DNA of 64,000 bases from Clostridia bacterium (GCA_017521295.1 JAFXDF010000036.1:1275-65274), one strand, 5' to 3'. Shown: positions 21,093-31,788, counted from the stretch's first letter. Translations and numbers: made by a program. Notes: generated from the letters alone by a model not told the origin.

Positions 21093-21994
21093 TGAAGCTT
21101 CCCCATCTTTTGGGCAATCCCCGGCTGAAGGAGGCCCTTGCCTCCCTGCCCCCCAGCGGTGTGGGCTCGGCCGTTCTGCTGGACGGCCCTGCCGGGATCG
21201 GAAAGCGCACGGCGGCCGCCGACCTGGCGGCCGGCCTGGTGTGCCCGTCGGCAAACGGCCCCTGCGGCACCTGCCCCTCCTGCAAGCGGGCGCTGGCAGG
21301 CTCCCACCCCGACCTCATCTGGCTGAAGGAGCCCGAGCCCGGCAAGGGCGTCAAGCTGGAACAGGTCCGCGAGCTGCGGGCCCAGAGCTTTCTCCGCCCT
21401 TCCGAAGCCCCCTTTAAAGTCTTTGTCATTCCTCAGGCCGACCGCCTGAACCTGCCTTCCCAGAACGCCCTGCTGAAAGTGCTGGAGGAGCCCGCCTCCT
21501 CTGTTTTTGTGCTGCTCTGCGAAAACCGGGAGGCCATGCTGCAGACCGTCCGTTCCCGGTGCAAGACCTTCCGTCTGGCACCCCTGGAGCAGAAGGAGCT
21601 GCTAGCTGCCCTCCGCTCCCGCAGCGATGCTTCTGCCGAACAGCTGCAGGCTGCTGCCGCCCAGTCGGGCGGACTGCTGGGCCGCGCTCTGGACATCCTC
21701 TCCGGCCAGGAAAAGGCCGGACACACCGCCGCCCGGGCTTTTTGCGCCGCCCTGGGCAGAGACGAACTGGGCATCTTCCTTGCCTGCCAGGAGCTGAGCA
21801 AGCTCCACCGGGAGGAGTATGCCGACTTTTGCGATGAAAGCTGCCGCCTGCTCACCGGGTACGTGACCCGGACGGGCAACAGGCGTTTTGTGGATATTTT
21901 TGAATATTTGGAAAAACAGCGTGCCATGCTGGTACAGAACCCCTCGGTGACCGCTCTCAGCGGCGCCCTGGCGGCCTTTTGCGGTGCGCTGTAA
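21092..21994 (+). CDS. holB: DNA polymerase III subunit delta-prime
   Basis: 300 aa. P-loop-like GPAGIGK, a CGTCPSC zinc module and an SRC motif. Confidence 0.8.
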   Translation: MKLPHLLGNPRLKEALASLPPSGVGSAVLLDGPAGIGKRTAAADLAAGLVCPSANGPCGTCPSCKRALAGSHPDLIWLKEPEPGKGVKLEQVRELRAQSFLRPSEAPFKVFVIPQADRLNLPSQNALLKVLEEPASSVFVLLCENREAMLQTVRSRCKTFRLAPLEQKELLAALRSRSDASAEQLQAAAAQSGGLLGRALDILSGQEKAGHTAARAFCAALGRDELGIFLACQELSKLHREEYADFCDESCRLLTGYVTRTGNRRFVDIFEYLEKQRAMLVQNPSVTALSGALAAFCGAL

Positions 21995-22005
21995 TTGGAG
22001 GATTT

Positions 22006-23196
22006 ATGACTGAAGTGATCGGCGTCCGATTTAAAAAAGTCGGAAAAGTCTATTATTTTGACCCCTGCGGCACCAAGGTGAAGGACGATCAGCCCGTCAT
22101 CGTGGAGACCGCCCGGGGCCAGGAATACGGCGAAGTGGCCATGGCCAACAGCATGGTGGAGGACAACAAGATCGTCCAGCCCCTGAAAAAGCTGGTGCGC
22201 CTTGCCACCGAAGCCGACAAAAAGACCATGGAGCAGAACCTGCAGTTTGAGAAGGACGCCTTCAAGGTCTGCGAAGAAAAAATTCAGAAGCACAAGCTGG
22301 ACATGAAGCTGGTATCGGTGGAGTACACCTTTGACCGCAGCAAGATCCTGTTCTATTTCAGCGCCGACGGCCGCGTGGACTTCCGGGAGCTGGTGAAGGA
22401 TCTGGCCGGTGTGTTCCGCACCCGTATCGAGCTGCGCCAGATCGGCGTCCGTGACGAGGCCAAAATGATCGGCGGCCTGGGCATCTGCGGCCGTCCCCTG
22501 TGCTGCAGCGCCTTTTTGGAGAACTTCCAGCCGGTGTCCATCAACATGGCCAAGGACCAGGGCCTGTCCCTCAACCCCACCAAGATCTCCGGCACCTGCG
22601 GCCGTCTGATGTGCTGCCTCAAATATGAAAACGACACCTACCAGGAGCTGCTGCGGGAGACCCCGCCCAACGAGAGCCTGGTGGATACTCCCTACGGCCG
22701 GGGCACCGTCATGGACACCTCGCTCCTGCGGGGCACCTGCCGGGTGCGGATGCTGAACAGCACCGACGCCCCCGTGACCGTTCCCTGTGACCAGTGCACC
22801 GTGCTGCGCCGGGGCCGTGACAAGGGCGAGCATCTGGATCTGCCCGAGTCTCCCGTGCCCCAGGCCCAGCAGTCCCTGGCCGCCGAAGAACCCAAGGCCC
22901 AACAGCCTGCCGACCGGGAGCACAAGGGCCAGCGCCGTGACCGCCGCCGTCCCGAAAACAAGGTTCAGGGCAAGCCCGGCGAGCACAAGGACAACCGTCA
23001 GCCCAAGGGCGAAAGATCCGACAAGCCCCGTCCCCAGCAGGACAAGCCCAAAAAGGACAAGCCTCAGCAGGAGGCCAAGCCCGAGGGCGCTCAGCAGACC
23101 GCCAAGCCCGAAGGCGAGCGCAAACGCCGCCACCGTGGCGGTCGCCGCAATCACCGGGGCGGCGGCAGCAAGCCGCAGGCCCCCAAAGCCGAATAA
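22006..23196 (+). CDS. ricT: PSP1-domain protein RicT/YaaT with a long basic C-terminal tail
   Basis: Start at MTEVIGVRF (GGAGGA RBS). PSP1 core with a cysteine cluster CGRPLCCS...CGRLMCCL. Confidence 0.8.
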   Translation: MTEVIGVRFKKVGKVYYFDPCGTKVKDDQPVIVETARGQEYGEVAMANSMVEDNKIVQPLKKLVRLATEADKKTMEQNLQFEKDAFKVCEEKIQKHKLDMKLVSVEYTFDRSKILFYFSADGRVDFRELVKDLAGVFRTRIELRQIGVRDEAKMIGGLGICGRPLCCSAFLENFQPVSINMAKDQGLSLNPTKISGTCGRLMCCLKYENDTYQELLRETPPNESLVDTPYGRGTVMDTSLLRGTCRVRMLNSTDAPVTVPCDQCTVLRRGRDKGEHLDLPESPVPQAQQSLAAEEPKAQQPADREHKGQRRDRRRPENKVQGKPGEHKDNRQPKGERSDKPRPQQDKPKKDKPQQEAKPEGAQQTAKPEGERKRRHRGGRRNHRGGGSKPQAPKAE

Positions 23197-23241
23197 CCCG
23201 TTTTACCCCGGCAAGCCTTTGGGCCTGCCGGGGTCTGCCGC

Positions 23242-24624
23242 ATGAGGAACCTTATGAAACGTATCAAAAATGCATTTGAACCTGCCTTTCTGAAAACCAT
23301 TTTCCAGACGGCCTTCCCCATCGCCATGCAGTTTTTCCTGGCCTCGGCCGTCAACCTCATCGACGTGGTGATGATCGGCTCTCTGGGCGACAGCGCCGTG
23401 GCGGCTGCCGGCGGTGCCAACCAGATCTTTTTTCTGCTCAATCTGATGCTCTTCGGCATCAACTCGGGCGCATCGGTGTTTCTCTCTCAGTTTTGGGGCA
23501 CCCAGGATCTGAAAAATGTCCGCCGCACCATGGGTATGATGTACCTGCTGGGCTCGGTGGCCGTCACCCTGTTCACCCTGGGCGCCGTACTGGTCCCCGA
23601 GGTTCTGGTGAGCTTTTACGTACATGAAGAGCCGGCCCTGTCCATGAGCGCCTCCTATCTGCGCATCGTGGGCATCAGCTATCCGGTTACCGCCGTCAGC
23701 ATGATTTTGTCCATGGTGTGCCGCTGTACCGGCGACGTGAAGATCCCCACCCGGGCCTCCATTTTGTCCATCACCATCAATGTAGCGGGCAACGCCATTC
23801 TGATCTTTGGCCTGTGCGGCTTCCCCGCTCTGGGTCTGAACGGCGCTGCCATCGCCACCGCCATCGCCCGCACCGCCGAGTGCCTGTTCCTGTTGTTGAT
23901 CGTCTATAAAAACCGGCTGCCCGGTGCCGCAAAGCTCAAGGAGCTCTTTGCCTTTGACCGGAGTTTTGTCTCCAAATACATCAAGACCGCCTGGCCCGTC
24001 CTGCTCAACGAGATCCTGTGGAGCACCGGCGTTTCCCTGTACTCGGTGGCCTACGGAATGCTGGGCACCTCGGCCCTGGCGGCGGTGCAGATCTCCAACA
24101 CGGTGATCCAGCTGCTCTTCGTTTTTACCCGTGGCCTCAGCAACGCCTGCGGCATCTTTATCGGCCGCACGGTAGGCGCCGGAGACCGGGACAAGGCCAT
24201 CGACTACGGCTACCGCTTCTCCCTGCTGCTGCCGGTCACCGGTTTTCTCACCGGCCTGGTGGTCATCGCCATCCATCCCCTGTTCCTGGCGTTGTATCAG
24301 GTGACCCCCGAGACCCTGGCTATGGCCCGCACCCTTTTGATCCTCCAGGCGCTGATGATGACCGTCAAAGCCGACAGCATGGCTCTGGTGGTAGGTATCT
24401 TCCGGGCCGGCGGCGACACCCTGTTCGCCTGTCTGCTGGACACCGGAACGGTATGGCTGGTGGGCGTGCCCCTGGGATTCCTGGCGGTACATCTGGGCGC
24501 TCCCCTGTGGGGCGTGGCCCTTTGCGTGTACTGCGACGACATCGCCAAGGTAGCGGTGGGCTTTGTCCACCTGTTCCGGGAAAACTGGGTAAAAAATGTC
24601 ACCGCACAAATTCAGGAAGGATAA
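23242..24624 (+). CDS. MATE family efflux transporter
   Basis: 460 aa polytopic, MATE-like. Start codon uncertain (alternative ATG at 23254). Confidence 0.8.
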   Translation: MRNLMKRIKNAFEPAFLKTIFQTAFPIAMQFFLASAVNLIDVVMIGSLGDSAVAAAGGANQIFFLLNLMLFGINSGASVFLSQFWGTQDLKNVRRTMGMMYLLGSVAVTLFTLGAVLVPEVLVSFYVHEEPALSMSASYLRIVGISYPVTAVSMILSMVCRCTGDVKIPTRASILSITINVAGNAILIFGLCGFPALGLNGAAIATAIARTAECLFLLLIVYKNRLPGAAKLKELFAFDRSFVSKYIKTAWPVLLNEILWSTGVSLYSVAYGMLGTSALAAVQISNTVIQLLFVFTRGLSNACGIFIGRTVGAGDRDKAIDYGYRFSLLLPVTGFLTGLVVIAIHPLFLALYQVTPETLAMARTLLILQALMMTVKADSMALVVGIFRAGGDTLFACLLDTGTVWLVGVPLGFLAVHLGAPLWGVALCVYCDDIAKVAVGFVHLFRENWVKNVTAQIQEG

Positions 24625-24628
24625 CATC

Positions 24629-26008
24629 ATGGAAAATCAATCCCGCTCCCAGCAGGCTCTGGCCGAAGCCCCTCTGTGGCCACTGATGCTCAAGCTGGCG
24701 CTGCCCGCCGTGGTGGCCCAGATCGTCAACCTGCTCTATAACATTGTCGACCGCATTTATATCGGCCACATGGCCGAAAACGGTGACCTGGCCCTCACCG
24801 GCCTGGGCCTCACCTTTCCCGTCATTTTGTCCATCAGCGCGTTTTCCGCCCTGGTGGGCAGCGGCGGCGCGCCCATCGCCGCCATCTTTCTGGGCAAAAA
24901 GGACCGGGAATCTGCCCAGCGTATTCTGGGCAACGGCGCCTTTTTGCTGCTGGTGTTTTCGGCAGCGCTGACCGCTCTGTTTTTTGCCGTTAAGGAGCCC
25001 CTGTTGTATCTGGTGGGCGCCAGCGAAAAGACCTTTGCCTTTGCCGACCAGTACCTGTCCATCTATTTGGTGGGCACCCTGTTCGTGCAGTTGTCCATGG
25101 GCCTCAACCCCTTTATTTCCTGCCAGGGCAAATCCAAGGTGGCCATGTGCTCGGTGCTCATCGGCGCCGTGTGCAATATCCTTCTGGACCCCATCTTCAT
25201 TTTTGCCCTGGATATGGGCATCCGGGGCGCCGCTCTGGCCACCGTGCTCTCCCAGGGCCTCAGCGCTCTGTGGGTGGTGTGCTTTCTGGCCTCTCCCCGG
25301 TCCGATCTGCGGCTGCAACCGCGGTATCTCCGTCCCCGGTGGGATATGATCCGCCGCATCGCCGCTCTGGGTATCTCCCCCTTTATCATGCAGATCACCG
25401 AAAGCGCCATCTCCCTGGTGCTCAACAACGGCCTGCAGACCTATGGCGGAGACCTGTACGTGGGCTCCATGACCATCCTCAACAGCGTCATGCAGATCAT
25501 CTTTGCCCTGAACAACGGCTTTGCCGGCGGCGTTCAGTCGGTGATCAGCTACAACTACGGCGCCCGCAACTTTGAGCGGGTGAAGCAGACCTTCCGAAAG
25601 CTTATCGGCGTCACCTTCTCCATGGGTGTGGTGTTCACCGCCCTGGTGACCCTCTTCCCCACCTTCTTCGCCGGTCTGTTCACCGACAACCCCGATTTGA
25701 TCGCCCTCACCGCAAAGGTGCTGCCTGTTTTCTGCGCCGGCATGTTCGTGTTCGGCATCCAGACCGGCTGCCAGAACACCTTTATCGGTCTGGGACAGGC
25801 CAAGATCTCTCTGTGCTTTGCCCTGCTGCGCAAGGTGGTGCTGCTGATTCCCCTGGCCCTTATCCTGCCCCGCGTGGGAGATCTGGGCGTCTGGGGCGTG
25901 TATCTGTCCGAGCCCATCGCCGACGTGCTGTCGGCCACCTGTATCGGCGTCACCTTCCTGTTCTCCTATAAAAAGATTTTGTCCGAAGAAGCCGTCCAAC
26001 GCGTATAA
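24629..26008 (+). CDS. MATE family efflux transporter
   Basis: Start at MENQSRS (AGGAAGG RBS). Polytopic, MATE-like. Confidence 0.8.
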   Translation: MENQSRSQQALAEAPLWPLMLKLALPAVVAQIVNLLYNIVDRIYIGHMAENGDLALTGLGLTFPVILSISAFSALVGSGGAPIAAIFLGKKDRESAQRILGNGAFLLLVFSAALTALFFAVKEPLLYLVGASEKTFAFADQYLSIYLVGTLFVQLSMGLNPFISCQGKSKVAMCSVLIGAVCNILLDPIFIFALDMGIRGAALATVLSQGLSALWVVCFLASPRSDLRLQPRYLRPRWDMIRRIAALGISPFIMQITESAISLVLNNGLQTYGGDLYVGSMTILNSVMQIIFALNNGFAGGVQSVISYNYGARNFERVKQTFRKLIGVTFSMGVVFTALVTLFPTFFAGLFTDNPDLIALTAKVLPVFCAGMFVFGIQTGCQNTFIGLGQAKISLCFALLRKVVLLIPLALILPRVGDLGVWGVYLSEPIADVLSATCIGVTFLFSYKKILSEEAVQRV

Positions 26009-26018
26009 GGAGGCCCTT

Positions 26019-27644
26019 ATGTTCCGCCGTATCACCGCTTTTGTTTTGACCATTCTTCTGTGCGCCAGCCCTGTTCTGGCAGCGCATTTGGATACCGCAC
26101 AGCCGGAGATCCCTGCCGAGATCACCGTCGATCCCCGACAGCAGGCCATCGCCGACTACTGGAACTCCCTGACCCCCGAGGCCACGACGGTCTTTACCAC
26201 CCTGCCCTCGGCCGGTGCGCCCTATGCCATCGGCGAGCTGGACAGCACGTATCTTAACGACGGCCTGCGCCTGCTGAACTTCTACCGCTTTCTGGCCGGG
26301 CTGGAGTCGGTGACCCTCAGCGACCACCTGAACGTCCAGGCCCAGTACGGCGCCGTGGTGCTGGCTGCCAACGACAGCCTCACCCACACCCCCAAAAAGC
26401 CCTCCGGCATGACCGAATCCTTCTACCGCATGGGCGCCAACGCCTGCGCCGGCAGCAACATTTCCATGCGCTTTGGCTATGACATCGACACCCTGCTGCA
26501 GAGCGCCCTCCAGGCCCATATGGACGAGCTCAGCCCCTCCAACCGCACCGATCTGGGCCACCGCCGCTGGCTGCTGAATCCCGGACTGGGCAAGGTGGGC
26601 TTCGGCCTGGCCACCTCGGCCACCAACCGGCAGTACATCACCGTCCCCATCTCTGATAACACCGGCACCGGCGCCATGCCGGAGGCCATCCTCTGGCCCG
26701 CCGCGGGCGCTTTCCCCAACAACATTTTCACCCCCGGCACCCCCTGGTCGGTGATCCTGGATACGGCGACCTACCGCATTCCCCGGGAGACCCAGCTGCA
26801 GATCACCGTCACCCGTCACCGGGACGGCAAGGCCTTTGTGCTTCCGGTGCTGGACGGACAGGCCCAGCTCACTGAGGAAGGCTCCTACCTTTTGGTGAAC
26901 AGCCAGAACTACGGCTCGGGCTGCTGCATCAGCTTTTCCATCGGCAAGAGCGCCCTGGGCGACAGCAGCTACTGGGGCGACTACACCGTGCATATCGCCG
27001 GTCTGTACACCCTGGAGGGCCAGCACGCCCCCATGGAGTACACCGTCCGGTTTTTTGACGCCGAAAACCTCTCTCAGCCCTCTTCCTGGGCCATGGAGGA
27101 GGTCACCGACGCCGCCCGGCTGGCCCTCATTCCCGAGGACCTCACCGACTTTTACCAGAAGCCCATCACCCGGATGGAGTTCTGTTGTCTGACCATGCAG
27201 ACCATTCGGGCAAAGACCGGCCTGACCAACGAAGAGCTGGTGGCGCAGTACATGCTGCCCGGCGTGCTCACCACCTTCAGCGACTGCACCGATCCCGACG
27301 TGCTGGCCGCCGCCGCCATCGGCGTGGTCTACGGCCCCGGTGACGGAACCTTCCTCCCCGGCAATCTGATCTCCCGGCAGGATGCCGCCGTGCTGCTGAT
27401 GCAGGCGGCCGCCGCGCTGGATCTCCCCATCACCCCAGAAGGCGGCCTGCTCTACAGCGACATGGAGCATATCTCCGCTTATGCCCGCCCGGCTGTCGCC
27501 TGGGTCTCCCAGGTGCGGGACAGCGTTTCTTCCAGATCGGTGATGGCCGGTGTGGGCGACGGACGGTTCGACCCCATGGGCACTTACACCCGGGAGCAGG
27601 CGGTTCTGACCCTCCTCCGGATGTTCCGCTGGCAAAGCAATTAA
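26019..27644 (+). CDS. secreted CAP/SCP-domain protein with C-terminal SLH-like repeats
   Basis: Signal peptide, a CAP-like central region, and the SLH-like motif FSDC..P....AAAIGVVYG.GDGTF. Confidence 0.65.
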   Translation: MFRRITAFVLTILLCASPVLAAHLDTAQPEIPAEITVDPRQQAIADYWNSLTPEATTVFTTLPSAGAPYAIGELDSTYLNDGLRLLNFYRFLAGLESVTLSDHLNVQAQYGAVVLAANDSLTHTPKKPSGMTESFYRMGANACAGSNISMRFGYDIDTLLQSALQAHMDELSPSNRTDLGHRRWLLNPGLGKVGFGLATSATNRQYITVPISDNTGTGAMPEAILWPAAGAFPNNIFTPGTPWSVILDTATYRIPRETQLQITVTRHRDGKAFVLPVLDGQAQLTEEGSYLLVNSQNYGSGCCISFSIGKSALGDSSYWGDYTVHIAGLYTLEGQHAPMEYTVRFFDAENLSQPSSWAMEEVTDAARLALIPEDLTDFYQKPITRMEFCCLTMQTIRAKTGLTNEELVAQYMLPGVLTTFSDCTDPDVLAAAAIGVVYGPGDGTFLPGNLISRQDAAVLLMQAAAALDLPITPEGGLLYSDMEHISAYARPAVAWVSQVRDSVSSRSVMAGVGDGRFDPMGTYTREQAVLTLLRMFRWQSN

Positions 27645-27673
27645 ATCTGTCAATACGTAAAGGAGCGTTTGTT

Positions 27674-28534
27674 ATGCTGCAGGATCTGGCCTTTGGCCAT
27701 CTGGACAATCAATACCGGGATCATTCCCCCGAAAAGGGCGATGTGGTGGTGTGTATCCGAGGCGGAAGCATCCTCATTGCCCGGGATAAAAGCGACGTGC
27801 TCACTCTCCCCACCTTTGAGCAGGTGGAACAGTGGAGCCAGCACTGGACCCACTGGCACGAGCAGCCCTACCGCTATGCCTTTACCATGCAGGATGTGCG
27901 CTACTTCCTCTGGATGGGCGACGCCGGCGAGCCGGAGGAGCTGACCTTCCGTTATGAGCCGGCCTCCACCCTGCGGCAGGTGATCTCCAAGCATATCTGC
28001 TTCGCTGCCATGACCGCCTGGCACATCTACTGTTGGTACCGGGACAACAAGTTCTGCGGCCGCTGCGGCACCGCCACCGTCCACGACGGGGTGGAGCGCA
28101 TGATGAAGTGTCCTAACTGCGGCAACATGATCTTCCCCCGTATCTCCCCGGCCTGTATCATCGCCCTCGTCGACGGCGACCGGCTGATGCTCAGCAAATA
28201 CGCCAACCGAAACGTGACCCGCTACGCCCTGCTGGCCGGCTTCATCGAGATTGGCGAGACCGCCGAGGAGTGCGTGGCCCGGGAAGTGATGGAAGAGGTG
28301 GGCCTCAAGGTGAAAAACGTCCGCTACTACGGCTCCCAGCCCTGGGGCATCGCCGGCAATCTCCAGATCGGCTACTTCTGCGATCTGGACGGCGATGACA
28401 AGGTCACCCTGGACGAAAACGAGCTGGCCTCTGCCGAGTGGTTCCACCGGGACGCCCTGCCCGCCAAGGACGACGGCATCAGCCTCACCCGGGAGATGAT
28501 CCGGATCTTCGGTGAAGGAAAAGAACCCAAATAA
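27674..28534 (+). CDS. nudC: NAD(+) diphosphatase (NADH pyrophosphatase)
   Basis: Zinc ribbon CGRCG...CPNCG followed by the Nudix box GFIEIGETAEECVAREVMEEVG. Confidence 0.8.
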   Translation: MLQDLAFGHLDNQYRDHSPEKGDVVVCIRGGSILIARDKSDVLTLPTFEQVEQWSQHWTHWHEQPYRYAFTMQDVRYFLWMGDAGEPEELTFRYEPASTLRQVISKHICFAAMTAWHIYCWYRDNKFCGRCGTATVHDGVERMMKCPNCGNMIFPRISPACIIALVDGDRLMLSKYANRNVTRYALLAGFIEIGETAEECVAREVMEEVGLKVKNVRYYGSQPWGIAGNLQIGYFCDLDGDDKVTLDENELASAEWFHRDALPAKDDGISLTREMIRIFGEGKEPK

Positions 28535-28574
28535 AACAAAAAGGATGTGCCAAACGACACATCCTTTTCTTATG

Positions 28575-29513
28575 TTATTCCACAATTCTGGGCGGCAGGA
28601 GCTCTTCACACTGCGGGATGGTGAAGTGCAGCTTCTGAGGCGCCACCCGCAGGGACACCCGGGGCGTTTTGACGATCTCGCCGTCCAGATTGAGGGTCAT
28701 CTCTTTGCCGTCCCGGTGCCAGATGGTGATCGCATCGGCCTGAACGTGTTTGATGTACTGGGGATAATTCCGGTGCTTTCCGGCCTTGTAGGCGCCGATG
28801 ATCCGGGCGATGGTGAGAACGTCCACGGCGTCGATCATCAGCACATCCAGCTTGCCGTCGGTGGGGTCGGCCTCGGGCACCGGATTGTATCCGCCGCCGT
28901 AAAACCGGCCGTTGGCCGCCAGGATCAGCGTATAGCGGCTGTCATAGGAAACACCGTCGATCTCCACCCCATAGGGTTCATGCAGACCGCGCATAAGGTG
29001 TTCCACGGTGGAGGCGTGATAGGCCATGGAGCCGTGGAGCAGGGGGATCCGCTTGTACTTGGGCATACCCGAGGCGATACGGGCGTCCAGACCCACGCTG
29101 AACACATTGATGCACACGCCGCAGTCCGACTCGATATAGTCCAGGGCCACATCCTTGCCGTCGATGAGGTTTTCCAGCTTTTTAAAGGACTGGCAGTCCG
29201 CGCCGAACAGCTTGATAAAATCGTTGCCGCTGCCGCAGGGATAGTGAGTGATGCTCACGTTGGCCAGACCGGCGGCACCGGCCGCCACCTCGTTGAGGGT
29301 GCCGTCACCGCCGCAGGCATAAAAGCGGATGGCCTCTCCGCAGTATTCCACCGCCTTTTTCTTCACCAGTTCCACGGCGTGCCGGGGATACTCGGTGGTG
29401 AGGATATCGTAGTCCAGGCCCCGCTCCACGCACACGGCCCGGATGGCGGCGGCCACCTCAACGGTGGAATCCTGCTTGCCCGCGGCAGGATTGATGATAA
29501 ATACGTGCTTCAT
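28575..29513 (-). CDS. diacylglycerol/lipid kinase family protein (YegS/BmrU type)
   Basis: 312 aa with GGDGTLNEV motif. Confidence 0.8.
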   Translation of the reverse strand: MKHVFIINPAAGKQDSTVEVAAAIRAVCVERGLDYDILTTEYPRHAVELVKKKAVEYCGEAIRFYACGGDGTLNEVAAGAAGLANVSITHYPCGSGNDFIKLFGADCQSFKKLENLIDGKDVALDYIESDCGVCINVFSVGLDARIASGMPKYKRIPLLHGSMAYHASTVEHLMRGLHEPYGVEIDGVSYDSRYTLILAANGRFYGGGYNPVPEADPTDGKLDVLMIDAVDVLTIARIIGAYKAGKHRNYPQYIKHVQADAITIWHRDGKEMTLNLDGEIVKTPRVSLRVAPQKLHFTIPQCEELLPPRIVE

Positions 29514-29517
29514 GGGA

Positions 29518-30627
29518 TCAGCCCTTGAAGTAGGAGTACAGGTTGCACTTGATCATGCCGTTGTACAGCTTGCGGCGTTTGTCGGCGGCCTGACCGAACT
29601 GCACCTCGAACTGCTCGTCAGAGGTGATGATGTACTTTTTCACCTGGCTGCCCTTCATGGCTTTTCCCAGGTCGGCATACAGCTTTCTGGCCTGCTGGAT
29701 GTCCATCATGCGGACGCCGTAGGGAGGATTGGCCATCATCACGCCCGAACGGCTCTTCCAGTCGATGTCCAGAGCATCCTGCACGGCGTATTCGATACAG
29801 TCGCCCACACCGGCCCGGGCGGCATTTTCCCGGGTGAGACGCACACAGTTGGGGTTCTTGTCAGAGGCGATGATGGGCAGTTTTTCGTGCTTTTCGGCAG
29901 CCAGAGCGGCGGCACGTTCTTCGGCAAAGGCCTGTTTGAACTGATCGTTCCACAGGGCTGCGTCAAACTGTCGGCGGGCGCCGGGGGCGATGTTCAGCGC
30001 GGTCATGGCCGCCTCAATGGCGATGGTGCCGCTGCCGCAGAAGGGATCGATGAAGTCCTCCCGGCCCTTCCACCGGGCCACCTTCACGATGGAAGCCGCC
30101 AGAGTCTCCCGCAGGGTGGCGTCGTTCTGCTCCAGCTTGTAGCCCCGCTTGAACAGCGGAGCGCCGGTGGTATCCAAAAAGATCTCGCACCGGTCATTCA
30201 TTAAAGAAAACTGGATTTGGTGCTTAACGCCGCTCTCCTCCAGCCAGTCGGTGTGGCGCACCAGCTTGAGACGCTCCACCACGGCCTTTTTGATGATACG
30301 CTGGCAGTCGGGCACCGAATGCAGCTGGGAGTGGATGGAGAAGCCCTTCACGGGGAAGGCCTCCTTCTCGCCGATATAATCCTCCCAGGGCAGGGATTTC
30401 ACATTTTCAAACAGGGCGTCAAAGCTCTTGGCGGTGAACTCGGCCACCCGCAGCAGGATGCGCTCGCCGCAGCGTAGCAGGATGTTGGCCCGGGCACAGG
30501 CCCGCTCGTCGCCGGAAAACAGCACCCGGCCGTTTTCGGCCTGGACCTGCTCAAAGCCCTTGAACTTCAGCTCGTCAGCCACCAGGCCCTCCACACCCAT
30601 CAGGCAGGGAACAGAAAAACGGTACAT
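29518..30627 (-). CDS. THUMP-domain class I SAM-dependent RNA methyltransferase
   Basis: 369 aa. DPFCGSGT SAM motif and the NPPYG catalytic motif. Confidence 0.8.
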   Translation of the reverse strand: MYRFSVPCLMGVEGLVADELKFKGFEQVQAENGRVLFSGDERACARANILLRCGERILLRVAEFTAKSFDALFENVKSLPWEDYIGEKEAFPVKGFSIHSQLHSVPDCQRIIKKAVVERLKLVRHTDWLEESGVKHQIQFSLMNDRCEIFLDTTGAPLFKRGYKLEQNDATLRETLAASIVKVARWKGREDFIDPFCGSGTIAIEAAMTALNIAPGARRQFDAALWNDQFKQAFAEERAAALAAEKHEKLPIIASDKNPNCVRLTRENAARAGVGDCIEYAVQDALDIDWKSRSGVMMANPPYGVRMMDIQQARKLYADLGKAMKGSQVKKYIITSDEQFEVQFGQAADKRRKLYNGMIKCNLYSYFKG

Positions 30628-30797
30628 ATCTCAAACCTCCGGTTTTACATTCTAAAAAAGCGAACACCGGGGTGTTCGCCTAAAGGTATTGTATGTGATT
30701 TTGGGAGTAAATGCAAGTTTTTTCTACACTCAACCGTCGGTTTGGTGCTTTTTATGCCGAAATATGCTATCATCAGTTCAGCAAAAGAGGTGTTTTG

Positions 30798-31697
30798 ATG
30801 AATAACAGCAAAACCGGCGCGCTCATCCGGGAACTGCGCCTTGCGCAAAACATGACGCAAAAGGACCTGGCCGACCAACTGCATATCACCGACCGCGCGG
30901 TCTCAAAATGGGAGCGGGGCCTGTGTGCGCCCGACATTGCCCTGCTGGAACCGCTGGCGCAGGCGCTGGGGTGCACGGTCCTGGAACTGCTGGAGGGGCA
31001 GCGGGCCCAGCATTCTCCCGAGCAGGCCGAAACCGCCCGGATGGTGATGGATTACTCCCGGCAGGAGGTAAGGAAGCAAGTACATAAAGCGCATTGGCGG
31101 TCCTTTATTTTCATTTTGCTTGCCGTCTCTCCCGCCCTGCTGGCAGGTGTATCCTGGCTGTTCAATTCCGGCATTCTGTATGTGGACGCGCGTTTTCCGT
31201 CCCCGGATGGGCAAACCGCGGTAACGTTATACGATCGTAATTTTTCCGGTGAGTTCTTCCGCTTTTCCCTTTTCAACAAAGACGGCTGCAGTTTTGATAT
31301 GCGTTATCCCAACGGATCACAGGGGCACTATTCCTACGACGCCGACGCTTGCGAAGGCCTTTGGTGGACGCCCGACAGCAGTAAATATGTCATCGTCCTC
31401 CGGAATGGCAAAGAGCACACACTTTTATACTACTGTCAGCATGGTGATATAAACCGGGATTTAAGTTACTGGATATCTGAGGGCTTTTCCCACAGCCAAC
31501 TGCCTCAAAGTTCCTCCACGCTTACGATAGACTGGGAAAACGATGTGGACTATCAATTCCTTCAATGGAGCCGTGACAGCCAGTCCATGCTGCTCTATTA
31601 CAGTTTCTTCGACCAGACCCAGCAGCTTCACGATGGCTATTTCTGGTACAACTGTGTGACCAGACAGGTCAGCGGCGTTCTGGAGTTGGATCGATAA
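30798..31697 (+). CDS. XRE-family HTH protein with a TM segment and C-terminal domain of unknown function
   Basis: Start at MNNSKTG (AAGAGG RBS). HTH_3 motif LRLAQNMTQKDLADQLHITDRAVSKWERG. Confidence 0.7.
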   Translation: MNNSKTGALIRELRLAQNMTQKDLADQLHITDRAVSKWERGLCAPDIALLEPLAQALGCTVLELLEGQRAQHSPEQAETARMVMDYSRQEVRKQVHKAHWRSFIFILLAVSPALLAGVSWLFNSGILYVDARFPSPDGQTAVTLYDRNFSGEFFRFSLFNKDGCSFDMRYPNGSQGHYSYDADACEGLWWTPDSSKYVIVLRNGKEHTLLYYCQHGDINRDLSYWISEGFSHSQLPQSSSTLTIDWENDVDYQFLQWSRDSQSMLLYYSFFDQTQQLHDGYFWYNCVTRQVSGVLELDR

Positions 31698-31788
31698 GCC
31701 TGCTTCTCCAAGAAAAAAGACACGCGTAATACGCGTGTCTTTTTGTGCAGGCAAAGTTTGAAATATCGGACTGCCGTCTGCGAACACA

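Noticed and set aside
21433-23154. 573-aa minus-strand ORF
   Set aside because: It is antisense to holB and ricT, shows low-complexity G/A/L/V repeats, and spans two real genes.
24599-27653. Two long minus-strand ORFs (516 aa and 567 aa)
   Set aside because: They are antisense shadows of the MATE and CAP-SLH genes, are glycine/histidine/glutamine-rich, and have no recognisable domains.
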